This document shows, piece by piece, positions 34,891-47,700 of a DNA stretch of 64,000 bases. Numbering within the stretch: the first letter of the stretch is position 1; each line of letters starts with the position of its first letter. The position numbers and the translations under genes are program-made. This stretch comes from Mobula hypostoma (Eukaryota), in the NCBI RefSeq assembly GCF_963921235.1, contig NC_086097.1, forward strand, positions 208,322,001 through 208,386,000, read 5' to 3'. The notes under the pieces are model-generated. The model did not search any database. It was not told the origin of the DNA and worked only from the letters and a program-made list of their open reading frames with translations.

Positions 34891-35570
34891 GAGGGAGGCA
34901 GAACAAAGGAAACTACACTGACTTTAGTGGTTGTGAAGATGTTGGAATCCATTGTTAAGGATAAAGTTTTGTGGTACGTGGAGGTACATAATAAAATAGG
35001 TAAAGTCAGCATGGTCTCCTTAAGGGGTAATCTTGACTGACAAAACTGTTGGGAGTTCTTTGAGGAAATAACAAGCAAGATAGACAAAGGAGAGTCAGTG
35101 GATGATGTATGCTTGGATTTTCAGAAGGCTTTTGACAAGGTTCTTGGCTGCTTAACAAGATAAGAGCCAACTGTATTACAAGAAAGATACTAGCATGGAT
35201 AGAAGATTGGTTGACTGACAGGAGGCAAATGGGGGGGGTGTAAAGGGGGCCTTTCCTGGTTGGCTGCTGGTGACTAGTGGTGTTCCGCTGGCGTCAGTGT
35301 TGTGATCACTTCTTTTCACATATGTTAATGATTTAGAATATGGAATTGATGGCTTTTTGGGCAAGTTTGCAGATGATACAAAAAGTGGCAGATGGAATAG
35401 AGTATAAGGAAGTGTATGGTCATGCACTTTGGTAGAAGGAATAAAGGAGTAGACTATTTTCTAAATGGGGAGAAAATTCAAAAATCAGAGGTTCAAAGGG
35501 CGTTGGGAGTCCTAGTACAGGATTCCCTAAATGTTATCTTGCAGGTTAAGTTGATGGCATGGAAGGGAAA

Positions 35571-35700
35571 TGCAGCAGGTCGGGCAGCATCTGTGGAAAT
35601 GATCAGTCAATGTTTCAGGCCGGAACCCTTCATCAGGACTGATCGTTTCCACGGCTGCTGCCTGACCTACTGAGTTCCTCCAGCGTGTTGTGAGTGTTGC
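35571..35700. mobile_element. Penelope-like hairpin insertion with a hammerhead core on - in the loop
   Basis: 36-bp arms at 35573-35608 and 35637-35672 (5 mismatches). Minus strand reads atcagtc CTGATGA agggttccggcct GAAAC att gactgat. Confidence 0.8.
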
Positions 35701-36322
35701 TCTGCTCCTATGTCTTCTGGTCTTACACTATCCTTCCTTGTTCATTGTCCAATTGAAACATGTCTATTTTTATATTAATAATATATAACTACTAACTTGT
35801 GTTCTTATTGAGATTATACATGTGATTTTTAATTACCTGGAAGAATGCCACCAAGGCTGAATAGGTCTTGCCTACTGTTATAAAAGGTAAACAACATAAG
35901 AAATAACAGCAGGATTAACCATTTGGCCCTACCATTTGTTTTCATTTTCAGTAAGATCATGGCTGATCCTTTAACTAAGTGCTAGTTTTGAACCCAACCC
36001 CATATTTCTTAATATGAAACAATTAACAATTTTTGTCTCGAACATATTCAGCAACATATTCACCACCTTCTTGGTAAAGAATTCCAAAAATTCATATATA
36101 CTTGATAAATAATGTTTTCCCCATCTCAGTCCTAAATAGTCAGCCCCTCGTTTAGAGACTGTGAACCTGGATCCAAGACACACCAGGAAACAAAATCCCT
36201 GCATAATCAGCAATTTTAAGTACTTCACTTTTTACAATATTGTTACATAAAAACACCAGAAATGGTTCTGAGAATAGATAAACTAATGCATGTCTTCTCA
36301 GAGAATCTAAAACTTAGCAATA

Positions 36323-37049
36323 CAGTCCGCCTTCCGTATCTGCAAGTTCCGCATCCGCAGATTCAACCAACCACGGATCGGGATCGGAAAAAAACGGAAG
36401 TTCTCTCTCCAGCACTCGTTGTTTGAGCATTGTACACCTCGCATCTCGTTCGGTCGCTACTTGTGTTGTGTCCATCCTTTGTTTCTGTGAAAAAATGGCT
36501 CCTAAAAAGCAATTAAGTGGTCAAAGCAATTCCTCAAAGGCTAAGAGGGAGCGTAAAGTACTGTACTCTAGAGATAATTAAAAGTATTACTCGTTGTTTG
36601 AGCATTGTTTGCCTCACGTCTTGTTCATTTGCTACTTACGTTGTGAGCGAGAGGAGGGAGTTTAAGGCTAGTAAGGGATGGCTGGCTGGCTATGTAAAGC
36701 GCGACAGCCTCGAGAACTTAAAGATCGTGGGAGAATCGGCATTGGCTGATACCGAGGCAGCGTCAACGTTCCCAGAAGAGCTACGATGGTTGCGTCTGTA
36801 CTGAACATATACAGACTTTTTTTTTCTTGTCATTATTTCCTAAGCAACACAGTATAACAACTATTTACATGGCATTTACATTGCATTAGGTATTATAAGT
36901 AATCTAGAGATGATTTAAAGTATACAGGAGGATGTGTGTAGGTTATATGCAAACACTACGCCATTTTATATACGGGACGAGCATCCGCGGAATTTGATAT
37001 CCGCGAGGGGTCCCGGAACCAAACCCCCGTGGATACAGAGGGCTGACTG
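36323..37049 (+). mobile_element. Tigger/pogo-derived non-autonomous DNA transposon (MER2/Tigger-like)
   Basis: TA on both sides; TIRs cagtccgccttccgtatc and cagtcagccctctgtatc (rc). Transposase remnants MAPKKQL..KRERKVL and EFKASKGWL..GESALAD (CENP-B-type HTH). Confidence 0.88.
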
Positions 37050-37295
37050 TATATATGTGTGAATCCGTCCCAAAACAAACTTTTAAATAATTCTACTCTT
37101 AGTAGATTGTTCTATATGAAACAAACAGATGCATAGTTATACATTTTCTACTCAGATATTCCATTCTACCAGTAAATTTTCAGTAAATATGGTTTTACGG
37201 AAATGTGTTCTAAAAATTAGTTTTTCATTTGCTAATGTAAAACGCAGATTATACTTGAAAGAGCTGGTCCTTATTTTGTATTATTCTAAATTTAG

Positions 37296-37484
37296 GTCAG
37301 CCTTGATTCCAGAGTCCGCGAGGTCATCAACAGAAACATGCTTGAACCTACCCCTCATACATTTGATGATGCACAGCTTCAGATTTACACATTAATGCAC
37401 AGAGACTCTTATCCAAGATTTATGAACTCCGCTGTCTACAAAACCCTGCTTCAATCCTTAACTGATACATCGTCAGAACCTTAA
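37296..37484 (+). CDS. RGS19: RZ RGS gene, terminal coding exon (VSLDSRVREVINRNMLEPTPHTFDDAQLQIYTLMHRDSYPRFMNSAVYKTLLQSLTDTSSEP*)
   Basis: Acceptor tttag|GTC at 37295/6; 63 codons ending in TAA at 37482-37484; conserved RGS C-terminal motif AQLQIYTLMHRDSYPRF. Confidence 0.95.
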   Translation, partial: VSLDSRVREVINRNMLEPTPHTFDDAQLQIYTLMHRDSYPRFMNSAVYKTLLQSLTDTSSEP

Positions 37485-39870
37485 GCCTTCCCAACGTTGT
37501 TTCTGAAAATAAAAGTTTGAAATGTCTGTGGGCAATTATTACTCACAGGGACACTGGAGCTATTTGATCTTCACCAGAAAGTAATACTCAGGCAAATTTT
37601 ACTAAGGATTTTAATGTCTATCTGCAGAGGGCTCTGAACACAGGCCAAAACACAGCTTCAGATCAACACAGCAAGATTCTCCAAAGGATGACTGATGAAA
37701 TGTTAGCCATTTTAAAAGCCTGTAGTTGTATTTTGTACATGAAATACTAATAAGATGTACTCAAAGACAAGAGTTTGTTTGCGGAAGTGCCTTGATGTTC
37801 CTCTAATGACATCCTCACCTGAGGTACATGTACTACAGTATGGTTCAAAAGTCTCCTACCATTGCACATTATGATAATGATGCCACAGCCACATTGGGCG
37901 GTACTTCCACTTGTCTTGGAGTATATATACTTGATAAATGTAAACATAGTGCTGATGGATCAACTTAAAGTATCTAAGCCAATGGTTTGGAAAAATACTG
38001 AAATACTGCCTATAAAACATGGTTTGTTGTAAGACGTCTATTATTTTACTATCAGAGTTTTGCTTAAAATGCAATTTTTTTTAGTTATGATTTGTGAATA
38101 TTTATAAAACTTGATTTCAAAGAATTTATCACTTGTTTTATTTTGCAAATGGAAAACGGACAAAGTGTGGGCATTTCAATTGTTTAAAAAAAAATAAAGC
38201 ACAATAATTTTAATTTACAGTTGTTTCGTGATCTGTCACAACTAAATTAATGTACACAATGTGATGAAATCTTTTATGAAGTAATATTCTGGATATGTAT
38301 TGTACCTGGTGTAATGCCCTTGTTCAATTGTACATCTAAACTATATCTTTCTTGGAAAGATAATCATATTTTTCTAATTTTGCAAGACACACTCAATTTG
38401 GAATCTGAATGCCTTACTGTATTAAAGTAAATATTAGTGAAATGCATAACCAGGAACACTTTTCCTTCCCAGTTTCAGTGAGCTAAATAGAATCAAATAA
38501 CCACATTATAACACAATGGTGGAAAATGTATGATCTACTCATTTACTTTACTCCTTCAAACTATGGTCTATTGGTGATTTTAAAGTTCCAATATGTATTA
38601 TTAAAACCACATGATTACAAATATAGCACTTTAGTCATACAGACAAGAAAAATGCCAAAAATTAATTATTTTATTCCCAGTTGTTAAGTAATTACAAACA
38701 ATGTGTAGCAAAATAAGATATACACAGAGTTAACAGATTTGCATACTGACAACATAAACAAAAAAAAACAAAGATAAATGCGCAACTAAATGGGTGGTGT
38801 TAAGGGATGCTTAGAGAAGAAAATCACTAAATAGATTATAAGGCCGAATAATAAGGAATAAGCTGTTCTGCACAAAAATGTTTTACATATGATTTACTAC
38901 TAATGCTTAGCAACTATTTGCTATATGCATAATTAACACTAATATGATTTCAAGCAGCGTCCTAATTAATTACTCCAGTTCTAAACAAAGTGTCCAATCT
39001 TCTTTTGCCCATTCTTGAGGTTTCCTGTAAGGGACTAGTAAAACTTAGGTATGTTTTCAAACTTGTAACCTGTAAATATTATAAACACAAAAAATCTCAT
39101 TTGCAATTAAAAATGTACGTGTTTGTTTTGTTCTTTATAAAAAGTTTACATTAACATTTGGGGGAAATTATCATTGGTAATCTCATAATTCAGATTATTT
39201 TGGAATGCCAACTGACTTTACATGTTTAATTCTTCATGATGACTGCTGTTGGACTGGATAGAGTATTGTCTCTCAAATGATCATTGTCTTTTATCTTTTC
39301 CCTGTAAGTGCAGAAGTCTGTCTCCAGATTGCACCACAATGCAGTACCTTCATTTGGATCAGGATTTGCAGTATTAACCCACAATCATAAAAGTAAAGAG
39401 ATATGTATCAATGATACAGCATAAGACCAAAAATGTGTAGCATCTTCAAATACTTAAATTATAATTTAAAGTATGTTCTTAATTTATGTTTCTTTTTGGC
39501 ATGTATGGTATTGGTGCATGACTCACAAAATACTGATGAAGATTTTTAAAATACTGGTTGCATGCAACAATAATTTAAAAATTAATTTGCAACAAATATT
39601 TTTCTTTATGTTGATTTTTTTTCCTTCATAGACTTATTAACAATTCCATTTATCCGTTTCAGGAGTATATCACAAGAATTGCCTTCTCATTAAGAGGTTA
39701 ACTTTCTGGCCAGCAATCCACTTCTCATGCCATTTATACAGTATTTGCACCATTTGGTAACTGCTCAGCTATTTTCACATGAAGGGGTTCAGTCAACTGC
39801 TCAATAACTTATACCTAAATATTTTCTTCATTTGTATTTATAAAGAATAAACATGTAAAGATTAAAGCTC
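37485..39870 (+). other. Probable RGS 3' UTR (end uncertain)
   Basis: AT-rich stretch after the stop with no recognisable TE; AATAAA at 37508, 38193 and 39846. The true polyA site cannot be determined from sequence. Confidence 0.45.
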
Positions 39871-41549
39871 CTTCAAAACTGAGATTAAGTAATTATTTTT
39901 CTTATATTGGGAAATATTAACATCACAATACAATACTCCTAGAGAAAATTATATGTATTCTTCAGTTGAAACAAAGGCTTGGAACCATTATGTCTGCTAA
40001 CAAAATGAATTATTGTCCATTTGGATAAATGCAAATAATATTGCTCTGCTGGAAAGTAACCAAGTACCAGAAGCTGTATAAAGCCATGAAGTTGCCACAT
40101 CAATTAAAGCATCCAATATTCCCTACTACTGTCTAATATTGTTGAAGACACTAATGTTGTCATCTGTTCACCAGGTGGTATACCATAGAAAGTTGATTTC
40201 AGCCATATTTGCCCTTTTGAACTGTTGCTGGATATGGCAATAGCAAATAATTTGGGGGACTCCACCAAAAAAAAGAATCAGAAAATTCACCTTTAAAAAC
40301 TCAGGTGTTTTGTTTTACCTGATTACTGTGATAGAAAGTAATCCACTTGCAGATTATACCTGTTGTGCCCATTGCACTGTGACCCGTAGTCTCATTATTC
40401 GGGCAGGAATTTCAGCAATTCACTACAGTTGTGAAATTTAAGGTTTGCAATGAGCACTGCAAGGCCAAATAATTATTAAAAAGTTTGGAATTTCAGTTCC
40501 TACAGATACCACATCATTTCTGTCTCAGGACTAATTCACATTTCCTAGCCAACTCCTGGAGAGGTTTTCTCCTTGGTTTATTAGGAGTTAAAGGTTGTAG
40601 GTTGTGTATTATTGTTCCATTTCTATTAGTAAGGCAGAGATGAGTGGAAAGAGCATTGATGGTGTTATCATATGCATAAGTAGCAGCAAGGAAAAAAACA
40701 CTGTGTGAATCATGCTTAGACATGTCTGGCTCTGAGGCCAGTAATTTCACTGGATGTAAGAATCACCATATTAAAAAATAAAACAAAAATGATCTCAAAT
40801 GCAAATTTCCGGCAAAACACAGGCAATAAATGCTCCGCTTTCTAAGTTCATATATCCTTACAAGAAATAAAAACATGCCTCAATTTTGTTCAAGACATTC
40901 ATTGCAGAGGTGTTTTTACTTCAGAAATGTAACTAAGTAAAACATACTCTGCAATTATGTCACTCCAGATGATATCTTGACAATGAAATCAAAATGATGG
41001 GTATTTTACAAATTACAAACTTTATTTGTCATAAATGTTTTGGCTAAAAATGAGTATTATAATATGATCCAACATGATCCCTTAAAAAGCTTCTTTTGTA
41101 AAGCCTGCAATAGTTTCTTAATGGTCCATTAGAAAATAGAAATAACCACAACTGTAAAACTAAATACTATACTTCCATCTATTTGATGTTATGGTAACTC
41201 CCCCCTATTAAAACATTATAAACAGTGGGATATATCCTAAGCTCTGTACAACATCATAAAGATTAGTATTATTTTATATTCTCTACTCTGCAGCAAATTG
41301 TGAAGCCAATGGTATTTCAGCTTTGTAATAGTTCTTGCAGCATGATCAGTATTAATGCCTGGATAAACGAGAGGAGATTTTAAGTAGAACATTTCATAGC
41401 CTCCTGATATTGAAGCATTTTAGTCATTGTGGTGTTGAGATGTAGGCACTGTGTGGGAAAAACAGCAACCAATTTTGGGCAGAAAAATATCACAGAAACA
41501 AGCAAGGGAAAATGTCTAGATAGGTTGCATTTCAATAATGTTAAATTAA

Positions 41550-41886
41550 AGTTTAATGTAGAGTTAAGAAACTGTAGAGGTAAAAAGACCCTGATGGGAG
41601 TTATGTACATGCCCCTGAACAGTACAACAGGAGATAGAAAGGCATGTAAAAGGGTAATGTTATGATGGTGATAGGGGATTTAAATATGCAGGTACATTGT
41701 GAAAATCAGGTTGATGCTGGATCCCAAGGGATAGGATTTGTAGTATGCCTATGAGAAGGCTTTTTAGAGCACCTTGTTGTTGAGCCCACCAGGAGAAAGG
41801 CAATTTTGGATTGGATGTTCAGTAATGAATCAGATTTGATAAGGCAGCTTAAGGTAAAGGAACCCTGTGAAGGCAGTGATTTTAAT
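41550..41886 (+). mobile_element. Old CR1 endonuclease-region fragment (family A-like)
   Basis: VELRNCRGKKTLMGVMY; colinear with 26005-26185 plus 33832-34010. Confidence 0.75.
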
Positions 41887-43442
41887 ATAGAAAACATAGA
41901 AACATAGAAAACCTACAGCACAATACAGGCCTTTTGACCCACAAAGCTGTGCCGAACATGACCTTACCTGAGAAATTACCCAGGGTAACCCATAGCTGGT
42001 GGTATACCTGAGGAGAGCTAAGGTACCGGTGACCCCTGTTTCCATCCAGGCGGTCAGTGTGGACATGGTGGAGGATTACAAATACCTGGGAATATGAATT
42101 GACAATAAACTGGACTGGTCAAAGAACACTGAGGCTGTCTACAAGAAGGGTCAGAGCTGTCTCTATTTCCTGGGGAGACTGAGGTCCTTTAACATCTGTC
42201 GGACGATGCTAAGGATGTTCTACGAGTCTGTGGTGGCCAGTGCAATCATGTTTGCTGATGTGTGCTGGGGCAGCAGGTTGAGGGTAGCAGACACCAACAG
42301 AATCAACAAACTTATTTGTAAGGCCTGTGATGTTGTGGGGATGGAACTGGACTCTCTGACGGTGGTGTCTGAAAAGAGGATGCTGTCCAAGTTGCATGCC
42401 ATCTTGGACAATGTCTCCCATCCACTACATAATGTACTGGTTGGGCACAGGAGTACATTCAGCCAGAGGCTCATTCTTCCGAGATGCAACACAAAGCGTC
42501 ACAGGGAGTCATTCCTGCCTGTGGCCATCAAACTTTACAACTCCTCCCTTGGAGGGTCAGACACCCTGAGCCAATAGGCTGGTCCTGGACTTATTGCCTG
42601 GCATAATTTACATATTACTATTTAACTATTTATGGTTTTATTACTATTTAATTATTTATGGTGTAACTGTAACGAAAACCAATTTCCCCCGGGATCAATA
42701 AAGTATGACTATGACTATCCTTCTGAGCTCCATATACCCATCCAGGAGTCTCTTAAAAGAACCTATCATATCCGCCTCCACCATTGTTGCCAGCAGCCCA
42801 TTCCACACACTCACCACTCTCTGCATAAAAAAACTTAACCCTGGTACCTCCTCTGTACCTACTTCCAAGCACTTTAAAACTGTGCCCTCTCGTGCTAGCC
42901 ATTTCAGCCCTGGGAAAAAGCCTCTGACTATCCACACGATCAATGCTCTCATCATCTTATACACTTCTATCACGTCACCTCTCATCCTCCATCACTCCAC
43001 GGAGAAAAGGCCAAGTTCACTCAACCTATTCTCGTAAGGCATGCTCCCCAATACAGGCAACATTCTTCCTGTAGTGAGGTGACCAGAACTGAGCACAGTA
43101 CTCTAAGTGGGGTCTGACCAGGGTCCTATAAAGCTGTAACATTACCTCTCAGCTCTTAAACTCAATCCCACAGTTGATGAAGGCCAATGCAGCATATGCC
43201 TTCTTATCCACAGAGTCAACCCGTGCAGCAGCTTTGAGTGTCCTATGGACTCGGACCCCAAGATCTCTCTGATTCTCCACACCGCCAAGAATCTTACCAT
43301 TAATACTATATTCTGCCATCATATTTGACCTACCAAAATGAACCACCTCACACTTATCTGGGTTGAACTCCATCTGCCACTTCTCAGCCCAGTTTTGCAT
43401 CCTATCAATGTCCTGCTGTAACCTCTGACGGCCCTCCACACT
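41887..43442 (-). mobile_element. CR1 3' fragment (same family as 521-1263), interrupted by a Rex1-like LINE
   Basis: ATAGAAAC tail at about 41887-41910; ORFs 42695-42985 and 43149-43523. Confidence 0.88.
41997..42717 (+). mobile_element. Rex1/Babar-like LINE 3' fragment
   Basis: ORF 42206-42577 (MFYESVVASAIMFA..SFLPVAIKLYN); AATAAA followed by a (TATGAC)n tail. Confidence 0.8.
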
Positions 43443-44742
43443 AGTAAAAGGATATACATGGTATATCAGTGTTGACATACTGAAGCCTGTAAGGCGATGT
43501 TGGAAATAAAAATTTGATCCCAATCCCCTGAGGCTTTACAGGAAGCTTACTTTGTTGTATAGCTGACAATGTTCTAAGCACCGCAATCAATGCTGTTGTT
43601 TCAATATTCAGCAATGGAAACTGAACCATTTCTTGATTTCATAAGCCAAGCAGATAACTCCCCTCCTTATTTCTGGTGTCATTGAATTCAACTTTAATAC
43701 AGAACTTTAGGTACAAATTTTCTTATCACAATTCTGTACTGTCAATTTCAAAAATAGTGAAAATATGTGGGGACATGTGGAGGAAGGCTTGTAACTGAAC
43801 TTTAGCAGCAATGAAACGACATACTTGATCTTTAAACCAAATTATCGCCTCGAGCAGAACACAATTTTTTTACTCGAAGTTTATTAATATGTTCTCACCT
43901 GCAAGTATTTGAAAATTGTAAAATCAGTTTCTTCTTCAATGCTGTCACAAGGTGACACACAGCTTTACGAACCACCAACAAAGAGACGTAAATAAATATG
44001 AAAATAAAGGGAGTGTATCTCCATTTCACTGGACCTCCTTGTAACTGGCAAAAGATGAACGTAAAATCTTCACTTATACTGAATTTCTGTTGAAATTGTA
44101 GTAATTCCAAGAACCCTGGCCTCGTCATTCCCAATTTGTGTGCTGCAATCATGGGAAATTCTAAGACTTATAAGAATTTTGATGACAAGAGCTAAGAGTA
44201 AGATACAAGCTGAAATAGGCAAAGTACAATGTGGTTTTGTGAAAGACAAAGGTACAGGAAATGCAATATTGATGTTAAGGATACCATCAGAACGAGCTAT
44301 TCTAGTACAAAAAAATTTTGTTTATTTTATCGACTACACAAAAGCATTTGATAAAGTGAAGCACAATAAGTTATTTGAAATATTACAGAAAACTCTAGAT
44401 GTAGATTCGAAAGACCTCCGCCTAATCAGAAATCTGTACTGGGAACAAACAGCCGCTGTAAGGATAGATGGAGAAGTGAGTCAGTTTACGAAAATCAAGA
44501 GAGAAGTTAGACAAGGGTGTGTTTTCTCCCGATTTATTTAATGTATACAGTGAAACAATATTACAAAAAAATAAGAGACATCTTAGGAATCAAAGTTGGT
44601 GGTGAAAATATCAATAATTTCAGATATGCAGATGACACTGTGTTAATTGCAAGTACAGAGGAAGAACTACAAAACTTAATTGATATAATTGTTGAAGAAA
44701 GTGCAAAAATGGGTCCCTCAATCAATTGCAAAAAGACAGAAT

Positions 44743-47700
44743 ATAACCATATAACAATTACAGCACAGAAACAGGCCATCTCGTCCCTTCTAGTCCGTGC
44801 CCAACTCATACTTTCACCTAGTCCCACCGACCTGTACTCAGCCCATAACCCTCCATTCCATTCCTTTCCTGTCCATATAGCTATCCAATTTAGCTTTAAA
44901 TGACAACGTCAAACCTGCCCCAACCACTTCTGCTGGAAGCTCGTTCTACACAGCTACCACTCTCTGAGTAAAGAAGTTCCCCCTCATGTTACCCCTAAAC
45001 TTTTGCCTTTTAACTCTCAACTCATGTCCTCTTGTTTGAATCTCCCCCACTCTCAATGGAAAAAGCCTATCCATGTCAACTCTATCTATCCCCCTCATAA
45101 TTTTAAATACCTCTATCAAGTCTCCCCTCAACCTTCTACGCTCCAAAGAATAAAGGTCCAACTTGTTCAACCTTTATCTGTAACTTAGGTGCTGAAACCC
45201 AGGTAACATTCTAGTAAATCTTCTCTGTACTCTCTCTATTTTGTTGACATCTTTCCCATAATTCGGTGACCAGAACTGTATACAATACTCCAAATTTGGC
45301 CTTACCAATGCCTTGTACAATTTCAACATTACATCCTAACTCCTACACTCAATGTTCTGATTTATAAAGGCCAGCATACCAAAAGCTTTCTTCACCACCC
45401 TATCCACATGAGATTCCACCTTCAGGGAACTATGCACCATTATTCCTAGATCCCTCTGTTCTACTGCATTCTTCAATGCCCTACCATTTACCATGTATGT
45501 CATATTTTGATTAGTCCTACCAAAATGTAGCACTTCACATTTATCAGCATTAAACTCCATCTTCCGTCTTTCAGCTCACTCCTCTAACTGGCCTAAATCT
45601 CTCTGCAAGCTTTGAAAACCTACTTCATTATCCACAACTCCACCTATCTTAGTATTATCTGCATACTTACTCATCCAATTTACCACCCCATCATCCAGAT
45701 CATTATTATATATGACAAACAGCACTGGACCCAGTACTGATCCCTGAGGCACACCACTAGTCACTGGTCTTCAATCTGACCAACAGTTATCCACCACCAC
45801 TCTCTGGCATCTCCCATCCAGCTACTGCTGAATCCATTTTACTACTTCAATATTAATACCTAATGATTGAACCTTCCTAACCAACCTTTCGTGTGGAACC
45901 TTGTCAAAGGCCTTACTGAAGTCCATATAGACAACATCTACCACTTTACCTTCGTCAACTTTCCGAGTAACCGCTTCAAAAAATTCAGTAAGATTTGTCA
46001 AACATGACCTTCCATGCACAAATCCATGTTGACTGTTCCTAATCAGACCCTGTCTATCCAGATAATTATATATACCATCTCAAAGAATACTTTCCATCAA
46101 TTTACCCACCACTGATGTCAAACTCACAGGCCGATAATTGCCACGTTTACTCTTAGAAACCTTTTTAAACAATGGAACAACATGAGCAATACGCCAATCC
46201 TCCAGCACCATCCCCGTTTCTAATGACATTTGTAATATTTCTGTCAGAACCCCTGCTATTTCTACAGGTTATGGAAACTATGATGATTAAATAAGAGGAA
46301 GTACTGGCATTTTTAAAGAATATAAAAGTGGATAAGTCTCCGGGTCCTGACAGGATATTCCGTAGGACCTTGAGGGAAGTTAGTGTGGAAATAGCAGGGG
46401 TTCTGCTATGTGTGTGCAAGGCTCCACACATAGCTGTCCACTCTGATTCTCCAAGGAACCAATTTTATCCCTCACTATCTTTTTGCTATTAATATAACTG
46501 TAGAAACCCTTTGGATTTATTTTCACCTCACTTGCCAAAGCAACCTCATATCTTCTTTTAGCTTTTCTAATTTCTTTCTTAAGATTCAGAATGGCAGGCG
46601 GTGACTAGTGGGGTACCGCAAGGCTCAGTGCTGGGACCCCAGTTGTTTACAATATATATTAATGACTTGGATGAGGGAATTAAATGCAGCATCTCCAAGT
46701 TTGCGGATGACACGAAGCTGGGTGGCAGTGTTAGCAGTGAGGAGGATGCTAAGAGGATGCAGGGTGACTTGGATAGGTTGGGTGAGTGGGCAAACTCATG
46801 GCAGATGCAATTTAATGTGGATAAATGTGAAGACCTGGGTGTAAGACTGGATGAACTGGGCTTGTACTCGTTGGAATTTAGAAGATTGAGGGGGGATCTG
46901 ATTGAAACGTATAAGATCCTAAAGGGATTGGACAGGCTAGATGCAGGAAGATTGTTCCCGATGTTGGGGAGGTCTAGAACGAGGGGTCACAGTTTGAGGA
47001 TAGAGGGGAAGCCTTTTAGGACCGAGGTTAGGAAAAACTTCTTCACACAGAGAGTGGTGAATCTGTGGAATTCTCTGCCACAGCAAACTGTTGAGGCCAG
47101 TTCATTAGCTATGTTTAAAAGGAAGTTAGATATGGCCCTTGTGGCTACAGGGGTCAGGGGGTATGGAGGGAAGGCTGGGTTCTGAGTTGGATGATCAGCC
47201 ATGATCATAATAAATGGCGGTGCAGGCTCGAAGGGCCGAATGGCCTACTCCTGCACCTATTTTCTATGTTTCTATGTTTCTATTCTTTTTACATTCTTTA
47301 TAATCCTCAAGCACCTCATTTACTCCATGCTGCTGATACTTATTGCAGATATCTCTCTTCTTCCAAACCAAGTTTCCAATATCCCTTGAAAACCATGGCT
47401 CTCTCAAACTTTTAACCTTTCCTTTCAACCTAACAGGAACATAAAGATTCTGGACCCTCAAAATTTCACGTTTAAATGACCTCCATTTCTCTATTACATC
47501 CTTCCCATAAAACAAATTGTCCCAATCCACTCCTTCTAAATCCTTTTAGATCTCCTCAAAGTTAGTCTTTCTCCAAACTAAAATCTCAACCCTGGGTCCA
47601 TACCTATCCTTCTCCATAATTATATTGAATCTAATAGCATTGTGATCACTGGACCCAAAGTGCTCGCCAACACAAACCTCCGTCACCTGCCCTATCTCAT

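Larger units (their letters stand above)
24585..35725 (+). mobile_element. CR1 LINE 'A', old and degenerate; host of B and C (own sequence about 24585-26185 and 33827-35725)
   Basis: ORF1 remnant MPGRIVECSSCGMWE..CKKC at 24610; endonuclease remnant YLNAHSIRNK; RT remnants 34764-35560; 3' tail at about 35701-35725. Sequence is continuous across the B insertion (compare the empty-site paralog at about 41690-41760). Confidence 0.85.

Noticed and set aside
43895..44152. Minus-strand 85-aa ORF ending at a CAG|GTGAG donor-like site
   Set aside because: No recognisable homology or partner exons.
46825..46845. Spliced CR1 RNA as the cause of the internal deletions
   Set aside because: No placement of either junction gives GT..AG boundaries.
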